Assembly: GCA_004431415.1 (NCBI GenBank)
Contig: QPMI01000484.1
Coordinates: 186,001-250,000, forward strand
DNA length: 64,000 nt
Direction of reading: 5' to 3'
From: Cyanophora paradoxa CCMP329
Taxonomy: Eukaryota; Plantae; Glaucophyta
Below the pieces are notes generated by a model, which was not told the origin of the DNA, made no database searches, and worked only from the letters and a program-made list of their open reading frames with translations. Numbering within the stretch: position 1 is the first letter of the stretch; every line of letters starts with the position of its first letter. Below, piece after piece: positions 13,231 to 25,958 of this stretch. The translations under genes were made by a program, and so were the position numbers.

Positions 13231-14289
13231 CTCGCTCGCCCCCCTACGCGTGCGCAGGCTGCGGCTCGTGGTTCATCGGCGGCGCGCGGCCGACCGCGGT
13301 CCGAGATGATGATACGGCACGATCGGCCAAACGAATGCCAAAGACGCTTCGAATGCGCCGGGCCTCGCCCACCGCGCCGAATGTGCCGCCCGCGCCCACC
13401 CGGCCCGGAGCAATAATGCTAGCGGGGCTGAATCGCGGAGGCTGAACGGAAGCTTTAAGTAAGCAGCACTGCCGTTACTAAGCTTCAAGCAGGGCCGATG
13501 AGCTGCCGAGGCGCTGCGCGCACCGTGGCACACTGCGGGCCTCTAGATCTGCAGCTGCGGGAAATCGAGCTCTGCGGGGCCTGGAAGTGGAGAACGGAGG
13601 CCTAGCCGGGTACAATAGACGAAGGAGCTTACCAGTATATCGACGTCAACGGACTCGGACGCAACGGCAGCAACGTCGACGTCGACGGAGCCCCGCGCTG
13701 CCCCGGAAGGGCCGGAACCTCCTAAAAAACTCTTTTATAAAAAATCATTTACGAAATTAACGGCCGGAATTAACGGCTTATATATAAATATGGCTTGGAT
13801 TTCGAAGTTCGTTATATATTAGCATCATATTCGTTGGCCGTTATATTTAGAGAACACGTGCACGTGCAGTTAATTTGAGCCTTCTCATTGCTCGGCGATC
13901 GCTTTGTGTTCGGCGCCATACCCAGCGAGTCCGACCTCTAACAAAGAGCTGCTGGGCCGGCGATCGCTTCTGGGTTCTCAGTTCTAACGGTCGCCGCGGG
14001 CTTGACGTCCACCGCCTTCTCATTGGCCAAGCGATCGCTGCTTTTCGGTGTCTTATGCCCGACTCCGCAGCATGTCGACCCCAGGAGCACTCTCTTTGGG
14101 GAGGAAGAGATGGAGTGGACCTCCAGCTCATCTCCCAATCCCCTTCTGGCGGGCCGCACGGCGGGTGGTGGCCTCGGGGGCGGCCTCGGGGCAGCACGGC
14201 AAGCGGCGGCGCTCGCTCCAGCCTTGAGCTTGTCCCCACGCTGACCGGCGCGGCGGGGGCCGGTGCGACGCGGGGGAGAGGGGTACTGC

Positions 14290-14505
14290 CCGCCCCTCCC
14301 CCGGCCCCGCCCTCCCCCGACCCCGCCCATCCCCGGGCCCCGCCCCTCCATCTCCCCCGACCCCGCCCCTCCCCCGGCCCCGCCCCTCCCCCGACCCCGC
14401 CCATCCCCGGGCCCCGCCCCTCCATCTCCCCCGACCCGCCCCTCCCCCGGCCCTGCCCTCCCCCGGCCCTGCCCCTCCCCCGGCCCTGCCCTCCCCCGGC
14501 CCCGG
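14290..14505. repeat. C-rich compound tandem repeat (G4-prone on the minus strand)
   Basis: A duplicated ~55-bp unit cctcccccgaccccgcccatccccgggccccgcccctccatctcccccgaccc is followed by repeated ccctcccccggccctg units. Confidence 0.8.
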
Positions 14506-14528
14506 ACCCAGTGTACACCGCCGCCACG

Positions 14529-17500
14529 ATGTTGGTGCACGAGCCCGGAGGCCTAACTGCTGCATCTCTCATATGTTGTGCAGCTTTGGACCCCATGCTG
14601 CACTACGTAGAGGGCGTTCTCATCAACTTGCCCCACCTCAAGCCTTGCAAGCGCTGCGGGACTTGTTCGTGGAAACGAATGGAGAACAGCGAGGCGACAT
14701 ATTTCAAAGTTGTGTTGATTGGCTCGATCTGGTGCACGGATTTGTCAGAGTACCTATGATGTCAGCTCATGCTCGTGTAGATAACAGCACAGGCGGCTCA
14801 AGCTCAGGCTAGGTCTTGCCGAGTGCGGTTTCGCGGCGAACCGGCCCGGGACCGGACCCTGGACGAGCTCAATGCTCTGAAGCAATTCTTGAGCTCGGTG
14901 CAGTTCTTACTGCAACTTATCTTGCGATTCTGTTCTGAATATGATCTTAGGTGGCGCTCGAGTCGACACGCCAGCAAGAGGCTGCACGCAATGTAAACGA
15001 CGGCAACGGTGACGAGACAAAGAGTTCTTCGCATTACGAGGAACTCATTGACATTGATGTGAGCTTCTATTGTTCTTCCATCGTGTGAATGTACTGAATG
15101 CCGATGCAGTGCGCATTTCTTGGCCTTGGTTCTGTAGGCGAGCACGGGCAATTCGAAGTGGACAAGGAAATGCGAGACAAGCATCACGATTGGCTAAAGG
15201 AGCGAGCCAAGTGGTTCTACAAGAACAAGATCTACGCCCGTGAGAGGAGATTGCGTGAAATAGACCTGGCAAGTTTGACATGCTTGCTGCTTGCTGCATC
15301 TGCTGATTGTGTCTTTGTGTGCAGGTAATCTTGGCTCTGGAGTTCCAGGAACCCGCAGCGCCTCGTGCAGATAGCCGCTCGTATGCTGTACAATCGAAGC
15401 TGTACCTCTCCCAATGGATCGAGCTGTACTTCTTTGGTCAGTCAGGCGGCGAGTCGCTTGATTTCTACTGTGAGTTGCATTTGAATGACTGCTAAGTGGC
15501 GCTTCGTTGTGGTCTAACTGCATTGCAGCTCCTGTCGATGGCGATATCCGGTCAGCTGCAGCGGTGCTCACACAACTTCTTGCCTGGCGACCTGCAGAGG
15601 CAGATATGGAGCGCGAGCCAGCTCGAGCTCAGTCTCTTGCTGATGCATTCCTGGAGGTGACATTCTTCATCTAAATCTTGTACTTCGTCGAGCTCAACTT
15701 CACGCTCAGGTTAAGAATGGTCAGGCCCAAGTCAATCTGCCACGCATGCAGGCAACTCTCGGGCTCAGCCAGCAAGCTTTAAATCTAGGCACAACAGAAG
15801 AAGCAAAGGAGCAGCTCCGAAGTCTGATCCGCTTACTTCAGTCAGCGCAACAGCAGACAAGCGAAGGCGAGTCACTCCAACTTTGGTGCGCGGGGGCCGC
15901 GGGGGGGGGGGGTACGCCATCGTTTCTGATCTGATCTTCCTGTCACAGGTTGCATGCATGTATCGAGCTTACGGCAGCGGCTGTGGAGGACATGTTGGCG
16001 CAAGAGATGCCAAGAGAGAAGGGGCGTAAGAGAAAGGCGCGGGCGGGTCTCTCGGAGTTCGAAGAAGTCAAGAGGCTGGTGGAGAAGTGCCAGTCGGGAA
16101 CAGGAAACAAGAACGTCAACAGCGGCGCCGGCAGACCAATCGACGAAAAGGCTTTGCAGCGCATCCGCACGAGTGGGATGGAGGTCCTGCGCCTGCTTGC
16201 CGGGCCAGCGAGCAGCATCTCCATTGGCATCTTCTTCTCAAGCCTTGTCCGCATCGCTCGATTCCGACGGTGGGCAACAACCATCAACCAGCTCATCTTC
16301 AAGGGCCTCGTCGATCTCGCACTGGCAATCGACGAGGATGAACACGGAGATGCAAGGAGGGCCCGAGCTCAGTGGGAGGCAAGGCGGGATGCCGGGGAGG
16401 ACCCCGGAGCAGCCCCCCACCCAGCACCGAGGCCGCTGAAGGTACAGAATCTTCGATACCCCTAGCGATTAACCCACAACCGAACCGTGCCTGCCTTTCG
16501 GTCTCTTGGCAGGCGTGCCACGAGGCGCTCGCGAATCCGGCGGCTGTCTATCGCGAGGACCCGGAGAACGAGGCCTTCACAAGGATACGCTCCAAGCCCG
16601 AGATAGTGGTGCGCCCGGGGGGTAAGGGAGCGTGGGGGGGGTACGTACATGAACTGAACTTCGACGCAGGAGAAGTACGGGACAGGCCGTGTATCACACA
16701 ACAGCATGCCAGCGCTGAAGCAAGTCACAGCGGCGCTGGAGCAGATCGGTGCAAAGTCGGACGTCCCCAATCACCGCCTCTTGAACCGCGGGGACCGATC
16801 CCACAGCTCCGGAGAGGAGTATCCGGAGGTGGACGAACTGGGGGCGACCGCGTTCAAGGTGAGGGTCGACAAAGTACAGGAGGTGAGCACGTTCCTGGCG
16901 CCATCGTCGTCGCGGCGGCTCACGCAATTCGCAGCCAAATGCGCAGGGGATTATGGAGGAGGTGGAGCAAGAGGTCGAGCTGTACGTCCGCCCACCGTAC
17001 ACGCGACGGAACAAGGCCGTGTGGATGGGAACAGCCGAGCGCCCCATTCCAATACCCTCCTCTCCTTGCTCTACAGACGGTATGTGTACCCCCGCCCGTC
17101 ATGTCCTCTGTCAGCGGTCTTTTCTGATTTCTCGTCGCAGAGTCGCGAACACCGAGAACCGCTTCCTTAACCAGATGAGCACCACCCTGAAGGCGAAGCT
17201 GCACATGTTTCCCGCAATGACGCGGGAGGAGAACGGCTATCGTTCAGTGCGCGACAGCGTTGCGGAAATCGCAACTGCGGTGCGCGGGGCGAGAGCCTCG
17301 AGCCCTGCAGTGCGCGCATACGTGGAGGTTCTTGCCCGACTCCCACCCAACGACGGAGACCTGGCGTGCACGGCCCGGCAAGGCCTAGGTGCATGCACCG
17401 TCGCATGCGAAGTCCGACGGCTCGACGACGTGACGCCGGAGGCGATCATGCACATCCTGAAGAGCTTCAAGAACCTGGAGTGGGACCACTGGCCGTGCGT

Positions 17501-17944
17501 CCTTTCCTTTCTTTTCTTTCATTCTGTCTTTCTTCCCCCCTTCTCTTTCTTACTTTCTCTTCCTTTCCTTTCCTTTTTCTATCTGTAACGGTGTCGTTGC
17601 GCAGCGTGCCGATCATGACACTGGTTGCAGGGGTGGTGCATGCGATCGTCGAGCTCTCTGATCCAGCATACCAGATGAACGCGCGCACGACCGCTGGGTC
17701 TACTTTCAAAGCGAAGTGCCGGGTCGACCGCGTCCTGGAGGTCCTGTTTTCCCCGCGCTGGGGCCGGGTGGTGTGCAGTGGCCACCACCTGCGCGATCCC
17801 ACAGCATGCGCACCATTTGTGGCCGCCTCCACAGAGTGGTTCCGCGCGCCCCGCGCGGGGCATCCTGACATCTTCGCGAACGAAGAGCAGGCAAAAGGGC
17901 TCCTGCAGCGGTGCAAGGCTTTCGTAGGACTGCAGATTGCCTGA
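14529..17944 (+). CDS. Multi-exon orphan protein of unknown function; 5' end uncertain
   Basis: A chain of codon-like, lower-GC segments bounded by GT/GC..AG, e.g. GEHGQFEVDKEMRDKHHDWLKERAKWFYKNK, ELTAAAVEDMLAQEM..., ENRFLNQMSTTLKAKLHMF..., ending RCKAFVGLQIA*. No family recognised. Confidence 0.55.
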
Positions 17945-18918
17945 TTCCGCTTGCAGATAGTGTAGGGTTCTACGACAGCGTTGGTTTTGTAAGAGATCAA
18001 TTTCAGGAGGGTGATCCCTGTACCCTTCGATCGCAAGTTAGCCACCGGTGGCTAACTTCGGGGGGAATGAAGGGGGGGGAGAAGCGCAGGGGGGACGAAT
18101 AGCAAAAAAAACCAACTTCCGCGCGCCCGGCCGGCGCCATGCATGCAGCTGCAGCGCGCGAACGTCAACACCGCCCGATGCGCATGTGCACTGCCGTGCG
18201 CGCGCCGTGCTCAGCCCCGCGGCGCCACGCCCGCCCGGCAGGCGACGTCGCCGCGCCCGCGCACGCGAGGAGTACACATCGCTGGCTTCATCGGCTCACC
18301 CGCGGCGCCGGCGGCGCGCTAGCTACGCGCTTTCGCTTGTCCGAGGTGCACATCATCGAATTCTGCAGCCTTCGCCCCATCCTCGGCCGCTGTAAGGCGG
18401 CGCGCAGGGATTCGAGCTCTCAACCGGGTCTCATGGCGTCGGCCGGCGGGCCCAGCGCAAGCAGCTCTGAGTCAGTAGGTACGTGCCGGAACCGCCCCTC
18501 GGTCCTGCTTGGGCGCGCTTTCTTCCGATCCTTCTAAAAACCGTGATTTCGGGGCGACATTTTGGCACTATGTTCACTATGCCCGCCGGCCATGGGCTCG
18601 GATCGGGCCGGGGCCTTTTTTAAGCGATCGCCGGCGCCGCGTCCGTCGTCCGACGGTTCGCGCTAGCGATTGCCCCGGAGTACTCGGTACCAGGGCCTGG
18701 CGGTCGCCGAAGCGATGAGAAGGCTCAAAGTTTAACAGCTCTATGTACATTCACATGAATTTTTCTGAATTCGAATTCCATGCATCATGAAGTGTTCGTT
18801 CATCCTCGAACCATCGTCTACCTCTACCCCCGGGCCGGCCCCGGCCCCCGGTCTGAAACGGGTACAGCCCTCCAGGGTCTTGGCCGTCGTCGGGGCACCC
18901 GAAGGCTTGGCGCGCGCG

Positions 18919-20101
18919 ATGGCGACTGTCCCGGCAATCCGGCGTGCTGCCGCTGCCACCGGGGCCGGTCCGCCACCCGCGCCGTCGCCATCGGCCCATC
19001 CTCGCACGCCCGCGCTCACCGGTCGTTCCTGCAGGTCTTCGGACGATCCAGGCAGCGGCGCCAGTCCACAGCACAGCATCCCGGGCGCCTTCCCTCGCTC
19101 TCGGCCTTGGGCCGCTTCCGGCGCGTCCGGCGGCGCTCTTCTCGCGGGCTCTCAGCGGCCTCGCCGTGTCGATGCACGCGGCGTCCCTGTCTCCCGCCGC
19201 GGGGCCTGCAGCGGCGGCGGCGAGCGTAGCGGCGAACAGGCAGATCGGGGGCGTGCGCGGCATGTCCATCCTGGACAAGTTCCTCGGCACAAAGGAGCAG
19301 CCGACCGTGAAGCGAGTCTCTGCTGACGACGCGATGCCGAGCGGCATCCTCGCCAAGCTGGGCGACATCGCCGAGGAAGACGACGGGACTGTCTACGTCC
19401 CGAAGCCCGGCGAGCGCCTCGCGCCCTTCGCGAAGCGCAACTACGCGGCGATCGAGACGCGCGACATCAGATGCAGCCCCTACAAGCTCAACGACGTCGC
19501 GAAGATGATCCGCGGCCTGTCGGCGGACGTCGCGCTCAGGCAGCTCACGCTCTGCCCGCGGCGAGTCGGCCGCGAGGTCGTCCTGCACACGCTTCGGGAG
19601 GCGCTCAAGCTCGCCGCCGAGAGCTACAAGCTGGAGCGTTCCCGCCTCTTCGTCTGTGCGCGCCCACGGCCCCGGCCCGCCGCGCCCCGGCTTCGAGCGC
19701 TTCCGCGCCGCGCCGGCCGCCGCCGACCCCGCGGCCGCAGGGCAAGCGTTCGTGGGCAAGGGAGTGTACCTCAAGCGCATCACGTACCACAACAAGGTGC
19801 CGCCGGGTACCCCCGGTCGCCCTCCTCGCGCCAACTTCGCCGCGCAGGGCCGCCACGGGAAGCGGTTCCGCTACTTCTCGCGCCTCACCCTCGTCCTGGC
19901 GCTGCGGCCGACCGAGGAGCAGAAGGCCGCCGCCGCCGCCGCCGTGCGCCGCCGCGCCCGCCGCCGCCGCCCTCGCGGCGTCGTAACCGTTTCGATCCGC
20001 AGGAGAAGGCGAAGAAGGCGGCACCAAAGAAGAAGCGCATGCTGGTTCGGATATTCGGCGGCAAGCCCGCGCCGACCATCCGCGCCTCTCTGTCCCGGTA
20101 G
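18919..20101 (+). CDS. MRPL22: Mitochondrial ribosomal protein uL22m, multi-exon
   Basis: Presequence MATVPAIRRAAA..., then IRCSPYKLNDVAKMIRGLSADVALRQL, RLFV-GQAFVGKGVYLKRITYHNK-GRHGKRFRYFSRLTLVL, matching the L22 signature. Confidence 0.88.
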
Positions 20102-20166
20102 GTAGCCAGCTAGCTAGCAAGACTGTAGGAATTCTTTTCAGCGAGGAGAAGCGCGGGACGCTATTT

Positions 20167-22529
20167 TTAGGGCGGGAGTGCGAGCGGCCGGCCCGCGAGG
20201 AGGGCGAGGAGAAGGGGTGGGGGGTACAGCCAGGCGAGGGGGGGCCGGAGGGCGCGGGCCCATGGCTCGAGAGCGCAGGCGAGGCGGCAGGGGGCGTGCT
20301 GCGCGGCGCCCGTAAGTAAAGGCGCGGGGACAGGGCGGGGCGCGGGCGCGGGCGGGAGGGGGGCGGCGTGCCTGCAGGTGCACCGCGCCGCTCGGGGAGA
20401 GGGCGAGGCGGAGCCCGCCTGGGGGGGAATGAGAGGCAGAAGGGGACGAGGACGCGGGGACAGGCGAACCGGGGTACAGGGCCGGCCAAACGATGAGGGA
20501 CACGAGGCGGAGGAGGGGTACGGCGGCGGCCGCGCGGGCGGCTGCGGGAGGGGGGGGGGGGGGGGGGGGGCGGGTCGGGGAAGGAAAGGGGGTACCGGGG
20601 AACGAGCGGCGCCGAGCGGACAGGCGCACCGGCCGAGAGGGCGCAGCGGGCGGCGCCGAGAGCGACGTGAAGGAGGGCGAAGGATAGGTAGTAGGCGAGC
20701 TGCGTGTACCCCCCTCAGGGACGTCCCGGGGGCGCGGAAGGACGGGGGTGGGGGAGGGGGGCAAGTACGGTGGTGGGTACGGTGAAAGAGACGACGGTGA
20801 AGACGACGGCTCCCAGGAGGACGGCGTCGAGCCCGGGGCGGGCGCTGTCGACGCGGCGGCGCAGCGGGTTCCACTTCTTCCCTCGGAAGAGCCGCCACAG
20901 CCCCGCCAGGAGCCCCAGCTGCCGGACGCTCAAAAGAAGCGGGGGGCAAGAGGGGGAGGGGGTACGTGCCTGGGCGGCGTAGAGGCGGCGAACGAAGGCG
21001 TAGGCGGCGGCGGTGGGTACGCCATAGAGCCTCGCGGCGTCCGAGGCGATCGCCAGAAGGCCCGAGGCGCCTGTGGCCGCGCCGAGGGCCGCCGACAAGG
21101 CCGGGGGGGGCAGCCAAGGCTGGGGGAGGGATCCGGAGAGGGCCTCCCGCGCGACTGAGGGGGAAGTAGGTGAGGGGTAGAGGGGCTGGGGTGCGGAACC
21201 TATCCGGGCGAGCGCGCACGGGTACAGGCGCGGAGGAGGGAGAGGAAGATGCCGCCCAGGGTACGCGATAGGTCGGCGTTGAGCTTGAAGCCGGCGGGGG
21301 CGCCCATGAGCCACCTGCGCAACCCCGTCAGTTAGGAGGGGCGGAGCGCTGGGGACGCGCGAGAGGCGGCCGCACTCGACGTGGGCAGAGACGGCGCCCT
21401 CCGAAGCGACGGAGAAGGGCGCAAGGCACGCCGCGAGGCTGCGAAGGCTAGCGCTTTAGACGAGCGGCGGAGAGGAGCGAGAGGAACGTTCGCCCAGCGC
21501 TCGCTCACAGGCCGCGTCCCGGGGGGTAGTGGAGGAGGAGAACGGCGGCGGCGGCCCCCAGGGCCGAGTCCAGCGCGAGGGACGCGGCGGCTTCGGCGCG
21601 GCGGATTCTTCGGCGCGCGGGGCACGCGGCGGCGCCCCCGCCCCCGTCCACAGAGGCCGCCGCGAGCCGCTCAAGACGCCCGCAGCAGGAATCCACTGCG
21701 CGCCTGCGTCAGCCGCGAGCGACGCACCGGCGCGAATCGAGAGCGGCGGCGCGAGGCGACCAGCGCACCCAAGGCCAAGTAGGTTCGAAGGAGAGGCGCG
21801 GGTCCCGTCTCGGCCGAGGCGAGCGCGGCGAGGAAGACGAGGAGCCGGCCGAGAAGCGACTTCGACGGCGCCCGGCTCCGCTGTTGTTCTTGTTGTTCGT
21901 GCGCCGTTTTGGGGAGAGGATCGAGCGTCGAGCGGGGGGCGGGCCGATCGCTCTCCCGGCCCTGCAGCGCGGCCTGGACCTCTGCCGCCCGATTCGCCTG
22001 TGCGCATTTGAATTCACGGATGATGCCGAGCGAGCGGGGCCAGCGCACGCATTCGACGGCTGCGGCGAGCTGCGTGTCTGGCGCCTCGTCATCGACGCCC
22101 GAGTGCCAGTAGCGCTGCCTCGCATCGTACGTAACCACAGCGATCTCCTGCCCGTCCTCGCCCATGGCTCGCAGCTCGCCAGCATCGACCCAGGCGCGAA
22201 CGCAGCTCGCCGCTGCGGGCGAATGCGCGTGAGCGGAGCGGTGCGCGACGCGCGTCCGGCGAACCGCGCGAGGGATCGTCTTCAGCCGCCCAGCGTCCGA
22301 GCACGCAGAGGCCGGGCACGGCGATCTGCTGGGCAACCCACTGCGTCTTGCGCTCCGCTTCCTTCGCACGCACAGCGCTCAGCGGACGTTCGGGGGGTTC
22401 GAAGCTCCGCACCTCGAACCCAAGGCCGATCGGGAGCATGCCAAGCACGACTCTCCAGCGGCTCTCGGGGCTGTGCACGCCAACCAGCCACGCCGGCCGG
22501 CCGGGGAGGCCGCGCGGGAGGAGTAGCAT
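20167..22529 (-). CDS. PIGQ: GPI-GlcNAc transferase subunit PIG-Q/GPI1, multi-exon
   Basis: WLMGAPAGFKLNADLSRTLGGIFL and LWRLFRGKKWNPLRRRVDS...LLGAVVFTVVSFTVPTT are Gpi1 hallmarks. Start inferred at ATG 22529 (MLLLPRGLPGRPAWLVG); alternative 22165. Confidence 0.88.
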
Positions 22530-22570
22530 CCCTAAGAATTGCGGTGCCCCTGGGACCGAGATCAAATTGG

Positions 22571-25317
22571 ATGGCGCAGGCGCAGTACAACGTCGTGGCG
22601 CTGATATCGGGAGGCAAAGACTCCTGTTTCAACGTCCTGAAGTGCATCGAGTACGGGCATCGGGTCGTCGCGCTCGCGAACCTGCACCCGGCGGAGGAGG
22701 GTCGCGGTGCGCCAGGCGCCAGCGCGGGTCGCGGCGCGGTCGAAGGCTAACGTCTCTACTCGCTCGCGCTTCGCCTGCACCACAGATGAGCTTGACAGCT
22801 TCATGTTCCAGACAGTCGGGCACAACGTGATCGAGGGCCTTGCGCAGTGCTTCGACCTGCCGCTCTTCCGGCGGGCAATCCGCGGCAGCTCGCAGAACCA
22901 ATCGCTCTCGTACGTGCCGACCAAGGAGGACGAGGTCGAGGACCTGTACGAGCTCCTCAAGGATGTCAAGGTGCGCCCCACTTAGCTGCGCCCGCGCCCC
23001 GTCTCGCCCCGCTCTCCTCGCGTTAGCTACGTGCACGTAGAAGCCGCCTGACGCCGCTCGGCGGCCTGTTCCGCAGGCGCGCATGCCCGAGGTCACCGCC
23101 GTCTCTTCGGGCGCCATTCTCTCCGACTACCAGCGGCTGCGCGTCGAGAACGTGTACGCGATTCGATCCGCGGTCTTTCTTCCAATCCTTTCGCTCACGG
23201 GGCGCCCGTGCGCAGGTGCTCGCGGCTGGGCCTGGTCTCGCTGGCGTACCTGTGGCGCTGCGACCAGCCGACGTTACTCCGCGAGATGATCGACGCGGGC
23301 CTCCACGCCGTCCTCATCAAAGTGGCGGCCATGGGCGCGCCCGTCCCGCCCCGCCCCGCCCCGCCCCGCCCCGCGCCCAGAACTGACCGGCGCCCGGCCG
23401 GGCCCGCCGCAGGGCTCGACCCCCGCCGGCACCTCGGCAAGTCTCTCGCCGAGATGTACCCCGAGCTTTGCCGACTGGTGCGCGCGAGATCGCGTACCCC
23501 CCTCGCCTTTCTATCCTGAAGCCGGTACCCCCGCAGAGGGCGCGGTACGGGTGCAACGAGTGCGGGGAGGGCGGGGAGTACGAGACGCTGGTGCTGGATT
23601 CCCCCGTCTTCCGCCGGCGCCTCGTCATCGAGGAGGCGGAGACGATCTCCCACAGCGACGACGCGTTCGCTCCGGTGGCCTTCCTTCGCATCCGCCGCTT
23701 CCGCCTCGAGGAGAAGGAGGGGTACACGCCACTCCCGCCCCCGCTCCCCCCCGCCGCCCCCTCCGCCCCCGCCCCGCCGGCTCCCCCGCCGCCCGCCGAG
23801 GCCCCGCCCTCGCCGGCGCCCATTCGCGTGGCGCGCGCGGGGTACCCCCCTCGGGAGCTGCTCCACGTGGCGGGGATCGCCTCGGAGGGGGGTACCGGCC
23901 CCTCGGCCTCCCCCGGGGAGGAGACGCGCCGGCTCCTGGCCCGCCTGGAGGCGGCCCTGGGGGGGTACGGCGCCTCCCTCTCGGACGCCTACTTCGTTCG
24001 CCTCTACGTGCGCCGCATGGCGGACTTCGCGGCCGTGAACGCCGCGTACGCCCCCTTCTTCCCCTCCTCTCCCCCCTCCCGGTGCGCGCGTACCCCCCTC
24101 CTCCTCCATCCCCCCTTCTGACGGCCCCTCAGTTCCTGCGTAGAGGCGCCCATAGACTGTGCGCTGCGGCTGGAGTGCCTGGCCGTGCGGGGCGGCGGCG
24201 GGGGCGGGGAGGAAGGAGAGGCCCGTCGGGCGCTGCACGTGCAGAGCGTCTCGCGCTGGGCCTCTGCCTGCATCGGGCCCTACAGCCAGGCCAACGTCGT
24301 CGGCTCCACCGTGCACCTCTCGGGGGTACTGGGCCTCGTCCCCGAGACGATGCTGCTGGAGGCCGGCGGGGCCGGTCCGCAGGCGGCGCGCGCGCTCCGC
24401 AACGCGGCGCGCGTCCTCGAGGCGCTGGGCTCGGGCGTCGCCCGCCTGGTCTCATGCGTCGCGTTCGTGGCGGACCGCGGCGCGGCGGCGAGGGAGCAAG
24501 TGCGCGCCGCGGTGGACGCGGTCTTGGAGGAAGAGGGCCTCTCCCCCGTGCGTCCGACCTTCGCGAAGGCCTCATAGCTTTGCTTCTGACGCCTCCACAC
24601 ACGTACAGGGCTCGGCGGCGACGGCGGCGTGGGCGTGGGTGGAGGTGCCGGCGCTGCCCCGGGGCGCCCTCGTCGAGCTCGAGCTCACCGCCGCCGCCGG
24701 CGACGGGCGCGTGGGCGAGCCCGTCCGCGTCTCTGCTTCTTCTTCTTCGTCTTCGGGGGCCGGTGCGCTATGAGAGCTCACGCTTGAGCTTAAACTTGAG
24801 CTTGAGCTTTACCTCTAGATCCCCTAAGCTTAAGCTTTACCTTGGCTTTATTTCGAGCTCACCTCGCACGCCCCGCCCCGCCTCAGGAGCCGCCGCCGGG
24901 CCGCTCCAGACTCGCTCCGCGGCCTGCGCGGCGGGCGGGGCCTCGGGCGCCGCCTTCGTCACCCTCTCCTCTCCGCCCGCCGGGCCCGCGCCCGTGCCTC
25001 CGCCCTCCCCCGCGGCCCTCGCGGCGGCCCTCGCGGGGGCGCTGGCGGCCCTAAGGGGGCCCCTCGCCTCGGCCCTCGCCCCGCCGCCCCCGGAAGGGGA
25101 CGACGCCCCTCCGCCCGTTCCGCCCACGGCCGAGCTTACGTCGGCGCGCCTCTTCTACCTGCCCGGAGCCCTGGGCCCGGACTTGGACCGGGCGGCTCTA
25201 TTTTTAGAGCTGGAGGGGGCGCTGGGGGGGCCCGTCGCCCTGGCGCCGGCGCGCGCCCTCGAGCGCCCGGGGGACCTCTGCTGCCTCAACGCCGCCTTCG
25301 CGCCCGTTAGCAGATAG
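22571..25317 (+). CDS. DPH6: Diphthine--ammonia ligase with C-terminal RidA/YjgF-like domains, multi-exon
   Basis: VVALISGGKDSCFN, DELDSFMFQTVGH, SSGAILSDYQRLRVENVCSRLGLVSLAYLW and CGEGGEYETLVLDSP. RidA-like parts: LHVQSVSRWASACIGPYSQA and VPALPRGALVELE. Confidence 0.95.
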
Positions 25318-25958
25318 CTGAATTTATTCGAAGCTGCAACATGAGTACTGCGACGAGGGAAAAGGGGCAAGGGGAGAGAAGACGCAGAAAAATTAAAAGA
25401 GGCAACCGAACTTCGTCAAGAAATAGCCGCAGGAAAGGGCCGGGGGGGCGCCGCGGCGGGGGGAAGGGGGGGGGGGGGGGGGGGGGAGGGGGGGGAGGAG
25501 GAGAGAAAGGGGCCCGGGGAAAGGGGGGGGAAACAGACGGGGAGCCTGCAGCTGCGTGGGGGGAGCTTATTCTATGAAAACGAACTCACTCGCAGATCGC
25601 ACGCCTCGCGATCCTACAGCATTGCTAGCAGCCCAAGCTCGAGTCCGCGCTCGAGCTCGTCGAATTCGTCGACGTCTCCAGTGGATGCAGTCCGATGCGC
25701 CGGATGCAGAGTGCGGGCGCGGCGGAAGCTTTAAGATCTAGCTATAGACGCAGATTCAATGCTTGAATTAATATTCGAAAAATGGCTGAAATGGAAACAT
25801 GGTTGCCTAGAAAAATGCTTGAGATTGAATACGAGGTCTAGCTTATAGGTAACAAGCTGTTTAGCTAAAGCACGCTTTCGCATGGGTTCAGAGTGATTAT
25901 GAGGGCGGCGAAGAATTTGATCGAATGCGATCATGACTGATCAAGATTATGATGACTG

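Noticed and set aside
18035-18058. Helitron 3' hairpin
   Set aside because: No CTRR terminus shortly downstream and no Rep/Hel motifs in the adjacent gene.
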